IMG/VR virus record: IMGVR_UViG_3300012271_000011
Location: 6,933 to 70,932 of that record
Reading direction: 5' to 3' (one strand)
Length of the DNA: 64,000 nucleotides
From: a virus
Part shown: piece after piece, positions 46,208 to 57,302 of the stretch
Layout: every line of letters begins with the position of its first letter
How positions within the stretch are numbered: position 1 is the stretch's first letter
Program-made: the position numbers and the translations under genes
The notes under the pieces: generated by a model
Database searches by the model: none
Told to the model about the DNA's origin: nothing
What the model saw: only the letters and a program-made list of their open reading frames with translations

Positions 46208-47896
46208 ATGGCAATACAAGACAAATCAATATATCCAACAACTTTTTTCAATATTCCTCATCCAGCTTCTCCTGTAGTCTCTATTCAATTTAGAACAAAA
46301 ACAGCACAAGGAAAAAGTATTGATGATCCATCCCTATGGGAAGAGATAACATTTGACCCTAATAACTTTTTCAGTGAAATGTCTATTGAAGATGAGAGTG
46401 GATATCCTAAATTATCTTTAACTTTAGTAGACCAAAATTATACTTATTTAGAAAACACTATAGTAAAAACTATGGTCGCTCAAAGACTATCAAATAAATT
46501 AGTAGAGAAACCAAATATATCAAAAGATGATACTGGGTATTTTGAATTTTTTGTTGATAAAAAGAAATCAGCAAATATAAGAGTGAGAATAGGATATTCA
46601 GAGCAGAATTTAAATTCTTATATTTCAGATCCAGATTTTGAAGGAAAAGAATATTCATCAAGGGCAAATAGTAATAGACCAGTAATAAGAAGTCCTTGGA
46701 TTTATTTTATGATTACTGGTCTTGATATGAATATAATTGATAATGGTCTTCAAGTCACAATAGAAGGAAGAGACTCTATTGGTAGCTTTTTTGATAAAGC
46801 TGTTATGATACAAAAATTTGCAAAACTAAAAGGAACTCCAAAAAATATAATAAATAGAATAGGAGATCAAATAAAAGCATCTTCTAAAAAAGCCTCTGAG
46901 TCTGGAAGTGAGACAATTTGCATTGAAATTGTAGATGAACCACTTATGTATGTTAATCGTGATGGTGGTAAAGAAATTGATATAATGCTTGGTGGTAAAC
47001 CGGTAGTAAGAGAGCTTAGAGATGGAACACGACAAGTAGAGACTCAGTATAAAAAGGTAAAACAATTATTTCGTGAGATATGCTCAAAAATATCTCCTGT
47101 AATGTATAGAGAAGATGGAAGTAAAATACCTATTTCCTCTGATGGTAGTGCGGATGGAACAGAGGTAAATAGTAAATCCTCTGAGATGAGAGAAAGCTAT
47201 CCATATACTTTTTCTTTTGTTCGTAAGAATGATAAAGATGTAATACAATTTTATTATAAAGATCCAAGGAATGGTTTAAGACAACAACCTAATATAAGAA
47301 CATATATATGGGGTGAGCATGGACAATCAATTGTTCAAAACGTAGATGTAACTGTATCGCAAGCCTTTAGTTATTTAAATCTTCCAATAATGAGTTTTGG
47401 GGAAGATGGAACAAAAGAGGTTTATATATCAAAAGCAAAAGATCCAAAAGAAGATGATAATATAAGTGAATTTGATTCTTCATTGGGTGGTATTGAGGAT
47501 GTGTCAAATGCTTTAAATAATGCAGACTTTGATTTCACTTTTACCTCCGAGGTAATAAATACCTCTGAATACGAAACAAATACAGATACAATAACCTCTT
47601 CTATGGCAGCTAAAAGAATGATGAGGTCATTTAATTCAAACATAAATGAAACAATAGCCGAAGGTAACATTACTTTGCAAGGAGATCCATTTTATTTCTT
47701 TGATGATAAAGTAAAACCTTTTCAATATATTATTAATTTAGTAATAAAAAGACCGAACTACATAGATAAAAATGGTGATTATGTTGAAGGTGGAAAAAGT
47801 TACTTATCTGGTTTATATAGAATAAAAAAAATAACTCATGCTATATCAGCAGGTTCTTATACTACTAATCTTGAAGTTATAAAGACCCCCTTTTAA
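46208..47896 (+). CDS. Baseplate hub-like protein (gp27/gpD type)
   Basis: IRVRIGYS; ITLQGDP..YLSGLYRIKKITHAISAGSYTTNLE C-terminus; start ATG 46208. Confidence 0.65.
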   Translation: MAIQDKSIYPTTFFNIPHPASPVVSIQFRTKTAQGKSIDDPSLWEEITFDPNNFFSEMSIEDESGYPKLSLTLVDQNYTYLENTIVKTMVAQRLSNKLVEKPNISKDDTGYFEFFVDKKKSANIRVRIGYSEQNLNSYISDPDFEGKEYSSRANSNRPVIRSPWIYFMITGLDMNIIDNGLQVTIEGRDSIGSFFDKAVMIQKFAKLKGTPKNIINRIGDQIKASSKKASESGSETICIEIVDEPLMYVNRDGGKEIDIMLGGKPVVRELRDGTRQVETQYKKVKQLFREICSKISPVMYREDGSKIPISSDGSADGTEVNSKSSEMRESYPYTFSFVRKNDKDVIQFYYKDPRNGLRQQPNIRTYIWGEHGQSIVQNVDVTVSQAFSYLNLPIMSFGEDGTKEVYISKAKDPKEDDNISEFDSSLGGIEDVSNALNNADFDFTFTSEVINTSEYETNTDTITSSMAAKRMMRSFNSNINETIAEGNITLQGDPFYFFDDKVKPFQYIINLVIKRPNYIDKNGDYVEGGKSYLSGLYRIKKITHAISAGSYTTNLEVIKTPF

Positions 47897-47906
47897 GGAA
47901 TAATAC

Positions 47907-50900
47907 ATGGCAAGCAATACAATAGATTTACATCTTAATATACAAAACGCATTAAAGCAAAACCTCCAAGAAAATAAAAAAGAAATGTCTTCTTTTAATG
48001 ATAAACTATCTAAATCTGAAGGCTTGTCTGAAAAACTAAGTAGCAAGATGGGTTCCGTTGGAGATAAGGTTAAAACCTCTGTTCAAAGTATGAGCAGATT
48101 TGGTTTAACACTTCAAAGAATAATTCCTGCCTTTAGTGTTATTTTCGGTGGTGGTTTTATCGTTGATACTGTAAAAGAGGTGATGGATTTAAATCAAGCA
48201 ATGATGGACACTGCTCATCAAATGGGTATGAGTGCTCAAGGCGTAAAGCAATTAGAAGATGCTGTTTCAGGAACAATGGATGAACCAATACATAAAAACA
48301 TTCAAGCATCTGTTAATACCACTGGAATAAAAGAAGATTTACAAACTGCTATTTCAGAGCCAATACATAAAAACATTCAAGCATCTGTTAATACCACTGG
48401 AATAAAAGAAGATTTACAAACTGCTTTAGTTGATGCTACTGAAATGGGTGCTGAAAAAAGCAAGGATATTCTTACTTCTAAAATGGAACAAGGTTTTAAA
48501 AAAACCGTAAGAAGTTTAGAAAATGCAGTTTATGGTGTTGTTCAAGCTACTGGTCTTGCTACAGATAAAGCACAAGAGTTAGTCACTGGTCTTGCTCAAC
48601 TTCATGTTGGAATTGAAAGTATTGAAGCTTTAGCTACGGCCTCAGCTAGGTTCTCAGAGATAACTGGCGTGTCGACCGATGCTACTACAAGATTATCTGG
48701 TGAATTAATGAGAACTGGTAGACTCGGAGAAGAGGCCACACAACAAATATTATTTGGAATGGCATCTGTTCAAAGAGCTGTTGGAATGAGTACAGCAGAG
48801 ATGCAACAACTTACTGAGACAATACAAGAGACTACGAAATTACTTAATCAAATGAGTAAATCTGCTGGAGAAATAGAACAGTTTAATAAAGGTGTTGTTC
48901 AGTTATCTGGTGCATTCGCTTCAGCTGGTATAGAGGCAGGTGAGGCAAGTAAGTTTGTTAATGAACTTCTTGATCCATCTCAAGTAGAAGAGAATGCTTT
49001 TCTTTATTCTAAGCTTGGTATTTCAATGGAAGATGCTTTTTCTGGTAATGTATCACCTCAGAAACTTATTCCTAGATTTAAAGAACTTGGTCAAGAACTT
49101 AAAAATATGAGTGGGCCAGCTGCTGCTTCTATGGCTAAGAGCTTAGGAATGCCTTTAGCCACATTGCGTCAAATGGGCGAGATAGATATGAGTCAGCAGA
49201 GAGAAATGATGAAAATGATGAGTGAAGAAGGCAAGTCTATGGAAGAGGCTATGGCCTCTATGCAGAATGAACAGGAAGGAGCTGGCCGTAGTTTTGAAGA
49301 CAGTATTAATAAACTTAAAGGTTCTATTCAACCTCTTATTAGTAAATTCCTTATTCCCTTTATAAATAAATTTGCTAATATGATTGAACATATTAATATT
49401 GAAGGAATAGTAGAAACACTTTCCTCTGTTTTTGGCACAGTTATGAAAACAATTAAAAGATTCTCATTTTTCTTAAAACCTGCTACATTTGTCGCTGGGG
49501 CTATTGCTTTAATGGTAATAATAAAGAAAATAAGAAAGAAGTTTTATACGATGGCAACTGGAGTAAAAAAAGATTTACAAACTGCTTTAGTTGGTGCTAC
49601 TGAAATAGGTGCTGAAAAAAGCAAAGGTGTTTTTACTTCTAAAATGGAACAAGGTTTTAAAGAAACTAGAAGAGGTTTAGAAAATGCTGTTTCAGGAACA
49701 ATGGATGAACATACTGAAACAATATATAAAAATATTCAAGCATCTGTTAATGCCACTGGAACTTTAAGAAAAGAGAAGATAGCAGAATATAGAGCAAGTC
49801 AACAAAATGTAGAAGCCGAAAGATCTCAATATCAAACTCGTATTGATTATTTAGATGCTCAAAGAAAAAGTGGTGAACTTACTGCTCGTCAAACAAGAGA
49901 ATTTGGAATACTTACGAAATGGCAGAAAGATTTAAATAAAGATGCTCAAACCTTTAATAATAGAAGACTTGAAGCAAACTCTCGCTTGAGAAGGCAACAA
50001 GAAAACCAAATGAAATTCCTCTCTGATGAGCAACTTAGAAATTACAAAAGAGAGATGGAACAAAATAAAGCCATTGCCGAACAACAGGCTGCAGCAGCTA
50101 CAGAGAGAATGCAAGATTTAAATACTCAAAATAAGAGAATTGAAGATAGACTTGCTGATATGAAAACTCAGGGTAAGTATACAGCTCAAGATCTTGAAGA
50201 GATTGAAAAACTTAATAGTTGGTTAAAAAATAATAATGTTCAAATTGAACAAGCAAAACAAGAACGATTAGAGAGTGTAAAAGCTGCAACTGAGCAAAGA
50301 AAACAAGAGAGACAAATAAATCAGATTTATCAAAAAAGAACTGGTATGGATCTTGATGTTGGAGAAGGTGCTACAGAGGCAAAAGTTACAAGAGGAGTTT
50401 TTCAAAAGGTTGGAGATCGTATTAAAGCTGCAGGTAGAAGCATGGGTTCTTCTGTATATAAGGGTTTTGCAAAGGTTCAAAATAAGTTTGCTGAGACAAG
50501 AGAAAAAATAGCTGATGTATTTGCTCCAAGAAATCTTAAAAAAACTTTAGGTAAGGCTATGAAAGCTGGAGGAAGTGGTGTAGCAAAAGGTATGAAAGGT
50601 CTTGGTAAGGGCATGTTAAAACTGACTGGACCAATGGTTGTTCTAGGAATGGTAATGGCACTATTAAGACCAGCAATTGAAGCATTGCAACCTGTAATAC
50701 AAGCAATACAAGAAGTTCTTATGGGAGCTATTGGTAAAATATTTAAAGCTTTGATGCCAGCCATTCTTAAAATACTTTCTGCTCTTATTCCTGTATTAGC
50801 AGCTTTAGTAAATACTCTATTACCTCCACTACTTTATGTTCTTGGAACTCTTGTAAAGATTATCGGTTTTGTTATCACAGCAATACAAAAAATGATTGAA

Positions 50901-51479
50901 GGAATAAGCAAGCTTCCATTTGTAGGAGATAAACTTGATGGTGTTATTTCTACAATGGGAGAAATTTCAGGAAGTATTGGCGGTGCTGGTCAAGCACTTC
51001 AAGATGTTGGTAAAAAATACATGGATCCAAAAAATAAACTTATTGATGATGATACGGTAGCTGGACTTCAAGACTCTATCGATAGCACTGGTGATAAGAT
51101 AGCGAATGGAGAAATAACTCTTAAACCAAGTAAAACTGCTGGAGCAGGAGGTGGAGCGGCAACATCAACATCAACATCAACTACTACTTGGACTCCTGCT
51201 ATGTTATCTGCTGGAAAAAAGGGAATATCAGTAGAAGAGCATGCCAAAAGAACAACTAAGACAGCTGAACAAAAGCAAGCTCAAGCTCAAGCTGAAACAG
51301 CAGAGGCAACAAAGGAAACAGCAAAGGCAACAAAGGAAACAAATGAAGAGCTTGCTAAGGTACTTGAAGAGTATACAAAAGCGAAACAAGAACAAAGATC
51401 AAAAAGAAATACTGAAAAAGCAAAAAATAATCTTGAAGGAGCATCATCAATCTTAGGCGTTAGAGGAGGGAGTTGGTGA
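47907..51479 (+). CDS. Tape measure protein
   Basis: 1190 aa, helical, A/G/M-rich, hydrophobic repeats; position in the tail module. Confidence 0.8.
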   Translation: MASNTIDLHLNIQNALKQNLQENKKEMSSFNDKLSKSEGLSEKLSSKMGSVGDKVKTSVQSMSRFGLTLQRIIPAFSVIFGGGFIVDTVKEVMDLNQAMMDTAHQMGMSAQGVKQLEDAVSGTMDEPIHKNIQASVNTTGIKEDLQTAISEPIHKNIQASVNTTGIKEDLQTALVDATEMGAEKSKDILTSKMEQGFKKTVRSLENAVYGVVQATGLATDKAQELVTGLAQLHVGIESIEALATASARFSEITGVSTDATTRLSGELMRTGRLGEEATQQILFGMASVQRAVGMSTAEMQQLTETIQETTKLLNQMSKSAGEIEQFNKGVVQLSGAFASAGIEAGEASKFVNELLDPSQVEENAFLYSKLGISMEDAFSGNVSPQKLIPRFKELGQELKNMSGPAAASMAKSLGMPLATLRQMGEIDMSQQREMMKMMSEEGKSMEEAMASMQNEQEGAGRSFEDSINKLKGSIQPLISKFLIPFINKFANMIEHINIEGIVETLSSVFGTVMKTIKRFSFFLKPATFVAGAIALMVIIKKIRKKFYTMATGVKKDLQTALVGATEIGAEKSKGVFTSKMEQGFKETRRGLENAVSGTMDEHTETIYKNIQASVNATGTLRKEKIAEYRASQQNVEAERSQYQTRIDYLDAQRKSGELTARQTREFGILTKWQKDLNKDAQTFNNRRLEANSRLRRQQENQMKFLSDEQLRNYKREMEQNKAIAEQQAAAATERMQDLNTQNKRIEDRLADMKTQGKYTAQDLEEIEKLNSWLKNNNVQIEQAKQERLESVKAATEQRKQERQINQIYQKRTGMDLDVGEGATEAKVTRGVFQKVGDRIKAAGRSMGSSVYKGFAKVQNKFAETREKIADVFAPRNLKKTLGKAMKAGGSGVAKGMKGLGKGMLKLTGPMVVLGMVMALLRPAIEALQPVIQAIQEVLMGAIGKIFKALMPAILKILSALIPVLAALVNTLLPPLLYVLGTLVKIIGFVITAIQKMIEGISKLPFVGDKLDGVISTMGEISGSIGGAGQALQDVGKKYMDPKNKLIDDDTVAGLQDSIDSTGDKIANGEITLKPSKTAGAGGGAATSTSTSTTTWTPAMLSAGKKGISVEEHAKRTTKTAEQKQAQAQAETAEATKETAKATKETNEELAKVLEEYTKAKQEQRSKRNTEKAKNNLEGASSILGVRGGSW
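48285..48426. repeat. 75-bp tandem duplication in TMP; related block at about 49556-49761
   Basis: EPIHKNIQASVNTTGIKEDLQTA twice; DLQTALV.ATE.GAEKSK..TSKMEQGFK recurs. Confidence 0.85.
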
Positions 51480-51760
51480 TTACGATAAGCACAGATTTTG
51501 AGGATGCAAAAGAAGAATTTATAAGATTTATACGAGCTATAGAGTTTAAGTTTGATATTAAGGACAAGGATGACTTTGAAAATGAATTGTTAAAGTTAAT
51601 AAGAGAAGGTAGCAATGAAAAAATTGGTATTGATGTTGATGAGTTTGAAAACTCATTTTTTGAAGTAATAAGAAAACATTCTTCTTTATCCCTTGAAGAT
51701 AATATTAAAAAAATTAAAGAAGAGTTTGAAATAATAAAGGAAGAGTCTAATGGAACCTAA
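51473..51760 (+). CDS. Hypothetical protein
   Basis: GGAGG RBS; overlaps both neighbours. Confidence 0.55.
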   Translation: MVITISTDFEDAKEEFIRFIRAIEFKFDIKDKDDFENELLKLIREGSNEKIGIDVDEFENSFFEVIRKHSSLSLEDNIKKIKEEFEIIKEESNGT

Positions 51761-53627
51761 GAGAATAGATATAGAGTCACTAAATAGCCGTTTAATAGGT
51801 ACTATAAAAGAAGGCTCTGAAGAGACTCCTATTTATACAGACTCTAAAAATACTTTTGATAATAATCAGCCAAAAGAATATAATGAAAATACTGGAAATT
51901 ATGAAAAAGAAAAAGAAAAAAATCCTCAAGCAATTGATATTTATAATAATCAGGCAAGTAACAATTATAACTTACAAGTTGACTTAGATGCTACTGATTT
52001 AAGAAACAAAATACAAGGTGATGATAAAACTATTGATATATTTTTAAGAAATTTATTTCCAGTTGTTGGAATAAATATTTTAAGAAGTATTGAAAATGCT
52101 GGAAACACAGAACCAAAGCTTGGAGGAACTCTTAGTTTAGTATCAGGAGCTTTTAATGCTATTGTTCAATCAAGATACTTAACCCCTTCAGAACTTGTAA
52201 TATATCTGGGAAGTAACTTTTATACCTTACATTTTGTAAGAGGAATAACAATTAAAAAATTTACAGGTTTTTTTGGTTCATCTTGGACAGGATATCCTGA
52301 TCTTACATTTGGAAGAAATTATATAGATATTCTTCCTTCTCTAAGTGATGTATTAGGAGATATAGAAGATGTTATATCTCCCCAAAAGCTTTTAAAAAGA
52401 GAAGACAATAAAGAAATAGAAGATGCAAAGGAAAGAACCTCTCCTTTATATGCTGGTATAATTGGGCAAGGTGGTTCTTTTTATCGTCAAGTATTAGGTT
52501 CTGATCCTTTATCTAAAGGTAATAGAAGAGTCTTTACTCCAATAACATCAAACATATTTACTTATAAAAATCTTATTCAAACCTCAGCAGGCAAATGGAT
52601 AGATGGTGGAATACTTACTAGTAACGTTGGAAGAAGAGGTGATCATGATACTAACTCTGAACATTATATATTAAATAATAAAGTAAACAATCTTCAATAT
52701 AAAGATCTTGAAAGTAGAGACGGAAAATGGGCTGAAAGTAATAATAGAGCTGATTGGGATAGAAAACCAAAGAAGCATACAGTAGAACCAGCTGAGTATT
52801 TAATAAATGAAAAAGTAACAAATATTAGTTTACCTAATGATGAGAATGGTGGAGTAAATGATATAGAAAACTATAGGCCAGATTTATGGTCAATAGGTTA
52901 TATACTTGTGATGCCACAAACAAGAGATGGAAGTTTTTCTAATTATAAAATACCATTTGAGTTTAATCCATCTATTTCAACTGGAGGAGTTTCTACACAA
53001 TATAATGCACAAACTATTCTTTCAAGAATTGGTGCTTTACAAACATTCTCTCACGTGGAATTATCAACAGTAGATATCTCAACAAAATATTATGCTCTTA
53101 AAGATCAAGAACAAGATGGCGATAATAGAGGAAGTGTTGGTCATGGTTGGATGGATATTTTTACTTTAAATTTTTTACAAGGTATTCAAAGTGGATATGA
53201 GGCATTAAGTTATCCATTCTTTCCTTCTAATGAACAACAAAATATAGAGAAAGGTTTTAAGTATGTAAAACCACCGCTTATTAAAGTTGTTATTGGAGAG
53301 GCAGGAGAGGGAGAAGAGGCTCCCTATAGTAATCTTCTCACTTACCCACAAAATATAGCAGGAGATAATACAGAAATACTTGCTTCCTCTAAAGAAAAAA
53401 TACTATATAAAACTTTTATTGTTTCTTCTGTAAATATTGAAAAAAATTTAGAAGAAACTCCTCTTTATATAAAAAATAAAAAAATAAAAGATGCTTTTGG
53501 ATTTACTGTAAGTCTTTCACTTGTAGAGATAACTAAAAGCTATATGGATGTTATGCCAAATTATGAAAATTATTTTAATCATTTTGAATCAATGATTAAT
53601 AACGAAGATCTCATAGATAATGGATAG
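51750..53627 (+). CDS. Tail/baseplate protein (tube-initiator-like C-terminus)
   Basis: IPFEFNPSIS, VKPPLIKVVIG, VSLSLVEI; context. Confidence 0.55.
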   Translation: MEPKRIDIESLNSRLIGTIKEGSEETPIYTDSKNTFDNNQPKEYNENTGNYEKEKEKNPQAIDIYNNQASNNYNLQVDLDATDLRNKIQGDDKTIDIFLRNLFPVVGINILRSIENAGNTEPKLGGTLSLVSGAFNAIVQSRYLTPSELVIYLGSNFYTLHFVRGITIKKFTGFFGSSWTGYPDLTFGRNYIDILPSLSDVLGDIEDVISPQKLLKREDNKEIEDAKERTSPLYAGIIGQGGSFYRQVLGSDPLSKGNRRVFTPITSNIFTYKNLIQTSAGKWIDGGILTSNVGRRGDHDTNSEHYILNNKVNNLQYKDLESRDGKWAESNNRADWDRKPKKHTVEPAEYLINEKVTNISLPNDENGGVNDIENYRPDLWSIGYILVMPQTRDGSFSNYKIPFEFNPSISTGGVSTQYNAQTILSRIGALQTFSHVELSTVDISTKYYALKDQEQDGDNRGSVGHGWMDIFTLNFLQGIQSGYEALSYPFFPSNEQQNIEKGFKYVKPPLIKVVIGEAGEGEEAPYSNLLTYPQNIAGDNTEILASSKEKILYKTFIVSSVNIEKNLEETPLYIKNKKIKDAFGFTVSLSLVEITKSYMDVMPNYENYFNHFESMINNEDLIDNG

Positions 53628-53632
53628 AGGAT

Positions 53633-53929
53633 ATGATAAGCAGATATAAATTTTATGACAATGTATACAATGATGATATAAACCATTCTCAAAAAGGACT
53701 TGTTCGTGATAATATCAAAGAGCTTTTTAAAAGTAATGATGATGTTATGTATAAAATTCCTAAAAAAGAACAGTATCGCCCTGATTTGATATCTCAAAGA
53801 TTTTATGGAGAGCCTAAACTTTATTGGGTTCTTGTTTTCGTAAATGACTTTGGAAATAGCCCTGAAGATTTTGATGAAGGAGCTGTGATTAGAATACCTT
53901 ATTATAATAAAGTGATAGAGTTAATATGA
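53633..53929 (+). CDS. LysM-like baseplate protein (gp53-like)
   Basis: YRPDLISQRFYGEPKLYWVL..IRIP. Confidence 0.8.
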   Translation: MISRYKFYDNVYNDDINHSQKGLVRDNIKELFKSNDDVMYKIPKKEQYRPDLISQRFYGEPKLYWVLVFVNDFGNSPEDFDEGAVIRIPYYNKVIELI

Positions 53930-54909
53930 TGTTATATGAAGCTTTGGTGATAGACAATAAAAATTTTTACTCAAATGGAAAAATAAAAGTTCGTATTCCA
54001 AATTTCTACCATCGTAATATGAATTGGGATTTAGCTGGTGAATATCCAGATTTGTTGGAAGAGGCGGAGATAAAAGGAGATGCTGAATATTCTAATGACT
54101 TTGAAGCTTCAGTCTATTCTCCTTATGGCGGAGGAAGAAATTTCGGAGTTTTCTTTTTACCTCAAATAAACCAAAAAGGTTTGGTAATGCCAATAGGTCA
54201 AGGAACAAATAGATTTGTTTGGCTTGGCAGTTTTTTTGAAGCTTATAGGACTGATAACTTTGATGTAGAATATGTAAATATTCCCTCTGATGATATAGAG
54301 CAATCTGATGGTTCTACAGCTGGCGAGCAAACTATGGATGCTGAAAGTTCAGCAGATGCATTAAAAAAGAATTTTGTTGCTCGCTTTAAAACAACAAATG
54401 CTGATAGTCAAGAGGATCTTGATTGGCAGCAAAGACCAACTAGTAATATCATAACAGTAGGTGATAAAGAATCAAAGGTTACTCATTATGCAAAAGAAGA
54501 GAAATTCTCTGCTTCAATGAATTTAACAGAAGAAGGATTTAATATTGAAGTTGATAATGAGGGAAATCTTAATACTTTTAAAATAAAGAATACTGATGAT
54601 GGAATAAGTCTTTATTTTGAAGATACTGAAGGTAATAAGATGAATTTTAATAAAAACACTGGGTTTGAAGTAGAATCAGTAAAAGATGCTACCTTTAAAA
54701 CAGAAGGTAAATTAAAATTCAATGGAGCAGGAGATCAAGGAGTATTATATTCTTTCTTGAAAAAAATAATAGATGCTTTTGAAAAACATATTCATCAAAC
54801 TCCATCTGGCCCATCAGCTACTCCTTTAAATGCAGACCAATCTCCCATAACAAGTAAAACTACAGCAGCAAAAAATGATATGAAGTCTGAAAGTCTGGAG
54901 CTGGACTAA
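53926..54909 (+). CDS. Baseplate spike (gp5/VgrG-like OB fold)
   Basis: GKIKVRIP, GVFFLPQ, WLGS, C-terminal HIH. Confidence 0.7.
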   Translation: MMLYEALVIDNKNFYSNGKIKVRIPNFYHRNMNWDLAGEYPDLLEEAEIKGDAEYSNDFEASVYSPYGGGRNFGVFFLPQINQKGLVMPIGQGTNRFVWLGSFFEAYRTDNFDVEYVNIPSDDIEQSDGSTAGEQTMDAESSADALKKNFVARFKTTNADSQEDLDWQQRPTSNIITVGDKESKVTHYAKEEKFSASMNLTEEGFNIEVDNEGNLNTFKIKNTDDGISLYFEDTEGNKMNFNKNTGFEVESVKDATFKTEGKLKFNGAGDQGVLYSFLKKIIDAFEKHIHQTPSGPSATPLNADQSPITSKTTAAKNDMKSESLELD

Positions 54910-55337
54910 TGCCTATTGCTGCATCATTGCCTACCTTACAGGCACAGATTATAAATGCATTTAATTTAGGTCCAGCTGCTCAACCAGATTTGGTTGGTAC
55001 TCTTATTACACAAGCAGTAGCTACATCTTGTGTAACAGGTTTATTACCATCAGCTCCATCTCCTATTCCATTAACACCATCTGGTTTTTCTAATGGGTTA
55101 AGTCAGATTAAAAGTGCGTTTAATCAAGGAGCTGAGGCACAACCTAATTTAGTAGCACAAAAAATAGCGCAGGGTGTATCAGTTATTGCTCCTATTGCAC
55201 CTGCTTCAGGAGTAAGCGCTTTACAAAGTCAGATTAATAATGCATTTAATTTAGGCGCAGCTGCTCAACCAAATTTAGTTGCTACGATGATATCACAAGC
55301 TATTATTCAATATTATATTGCAGGAGGAATAATTTGA
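54909..55337 (+). CDS. Hypothetical tail-region protein with three internal repeats
   Basis: LQ.QI..AFN.G..AQP.LV three times. Confidence 0.65.
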   Translation: MPIAASLPTLQAQIINAFNLGPAAQPDLVGTLITQAVATSCVTGLLPSAPSPIPLTPSGFSNGLSQIKSAFNQGAEAQPNLVAQKIAQGVSVIAPIAPASGVSALQSQINNAFNLGAAAQPNLVATMISQAIIQYYIAGGII

Positions 55338-57274
55338 CTTATTCGGAAAAAGTAACACAAACAAGAGAAGATAGAAGTTTATCAATAAACCAAAAAGTAT
55401 CAACTCAATTAGCTAAAATAGAAGCAATTGATGAAGATGATTTTAATAATAGTTATCTTTGGGGTGATGGAATAAATATTGGTATTCAACAATTAATAAA
55501 ATATTATTACATAGAAAAAAATAAAGAAGTTGGAAGAACTTTTTCTTCACCATCTTTGTCTAATTATACAGAAATTAATTGGGAAGCTATTTTAAAAAAT
55601 GCTATTACAGTTGGTGGAGATGGTAGTAGTGGGTTCTACCCTGATTTAGATAGCAATGGAATAGCAGATAAAAATATGAACATGGGAACTCCTTATTTAA
55701 ATGATAATGGAGATAATGGAGAAACTAGTGAAGGTTTATTACTTGATATTGTTATTTTAGATGGAGATATAGGTCAAGATGCAACTACTACCGGAACTTA
55801 TACAGGGCCAGGCGGGTTCCTCATTCAATCAACAGCACAAACAGAGGCAGAAGAATATTTATATGGAGCTGATTTAACAGAAGATACTTCAGATGATAAT
55901 CTTGATAGAATAGGAGCAACTTTAAGAGGTAGAAGAACTCGTGATGTTGAAATAGTAATAACAGGAATGGGTCCATATAATTATGAGATTGGTGATGGTA
56001 ATATTGATGAACCTACTTTTTTTGCTGATACAGCAGATGTTAATGGTTATGGCGGGAATGAAAAAACAACTTTTCTAAACTCTTTATCTACTTTTATAAC
56101 AAATCTAGAAGATTATAGAGATAATGCTCTAATACCTTTAAGAGATGAGCTTGATAATATTTTTGATAGTGGAGTAAATACTCTTTTCACTGATACTGAT
56201 ATGATAAATGATGTTACAGATGATAGTGCAAATCTAGATACTTTAATAAGTTTATTAAATACTTATATTGGTGTAAATACTGATGTTGCCACTGATGGAA
56301 GTTTATATGGATATCAAAGCTTTTTCTCTTCTGCTTTAGGTGATGAAGTAAACTTTGATACATACTTAACAGAATTAGAAACTTTAAATAATAATATAGA
56401 TACAGATATAACTAACAGGACAAATAATTTAATAAATACTTATGTAGGTGATACATATCAAGACAAAATGAAGAAGTGGAGAACATTTTGGATTAAAGAA
56501 AGAATTAATAAACCACAAGCTTCTTTAATTTCTGTAGAAGGTGCTGATAAAGCAATTTCAGATGCGATAAAGTCAATTGAAAATGTAAATGATACTTTAA
56601 AGACTTTATTTAGTGATACAGATCTCGATAGACAACAATGGATCCCAACTCCTAAAATATATTCTGCATTTTATAATCCTATTATTGATAATGAAACTGG
56701 AGAGATATTAATAAGAAGAGTTGGACTTATATATGGTGGACAACAACATGCAACAAAATATGAGGTGTATCGTGATTTGCTTGAAAATATTACTTTAAGT
56801 AATGATGAATGGTCAAGCTCTTTAATAATAAAAGAAATAACTGGTTTAAATAGTCAAGGAACGGTTAAACTTCAATATGAAGATTTTGATGTAGAGCTTG
56901 ATAAATCATACGTATATAGAGTAAGAGTTTATGATGATACAAATGATAGCGGATATGCTTTCTCTGGTTCTTTACAAAGTAAAATCTATGATGATGATAA
57001 CACAATATCATATTCCTTTCAGGAAACTGAACAAATAATATTTGATGGAAATCAAATAGAAGCAAGTAAAATAGATATTACAAAAGATAATAATTTTTCT
57101 TTAGGAGCAAGAGCAATATTGTTAAGCTCTTCTGAATATAATGATAACATTTATACTATTGCAAAATTGAAAGAAAATATAGATGATGTGAGTATATGGG
57201 TTTATCCTGCTTTACAGACAGAAGAAGATGGTAATATTTATTATTTTACAAACTTAGCTATAGTTAGTCAGTAA
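55334..57274 (+). CDS. Putative baseplate-associated structural protein
   Basis: Acidic; FN3-like YEVYR..YVYRVRVYD segment. Confidence 0.55.
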   Translation: MTYSEKVTQTREDRSLSINQKVSTQLAKIEAIDEDDFNNSYLWGDGINIGIQQLIKYYYIEKNKEVGRTFSSPSLSNYTEINWEAILKNAITVGGDGSSGFYPDLDSNGIADKNMNMGTPYLNDNGDNGETSEGLLLDIVILDGDIGQDATTTGTYTGPGGFLIQSTAQTEAEEYLYGADLTEDTSDDNLDRIGATLRGRRTRDVEIVITGMGPYNYEIGDGNIDEPTFFADTADVNGYGGNEKTTFLNSLSTFITNLEDYRDNALIPLRDELDNIFDSGVNTLFTDTDMINDVTDDSANLDTLISLLNTYIGVNTDVATDGSLYGYQSFFSSALGDEVNFDTYLTELETLNNNIDTDITNRTNNLINTYVGDTYQDKMKKWRTFWIKERINKPQASLISVEGADKAISDAIKSIENVNDTLKTLFSDTDLDRQQWIPTPKIYSAFYNPIIDNETGEILIRRVGLIYGGQQHATKYEVYRDLLENITLSNDEWSSSLIIKEITGLNSQGTVKLQYEDFDVELDKSYVYRVRVYDDTNDSGYAFSGSLQSKIYDDDNTISYSFQETEQIIFDGNQIEASKIDITKDNNFSLGARAILLSSSEYNDNIYTIAKLKENIDDVSIWVYPALQTEEDGNIYYFTNLAIVSQ

Positions 57275-57302
57275 GGAAGTTTTTCGTAAAGGTAATATTA
57301 CT

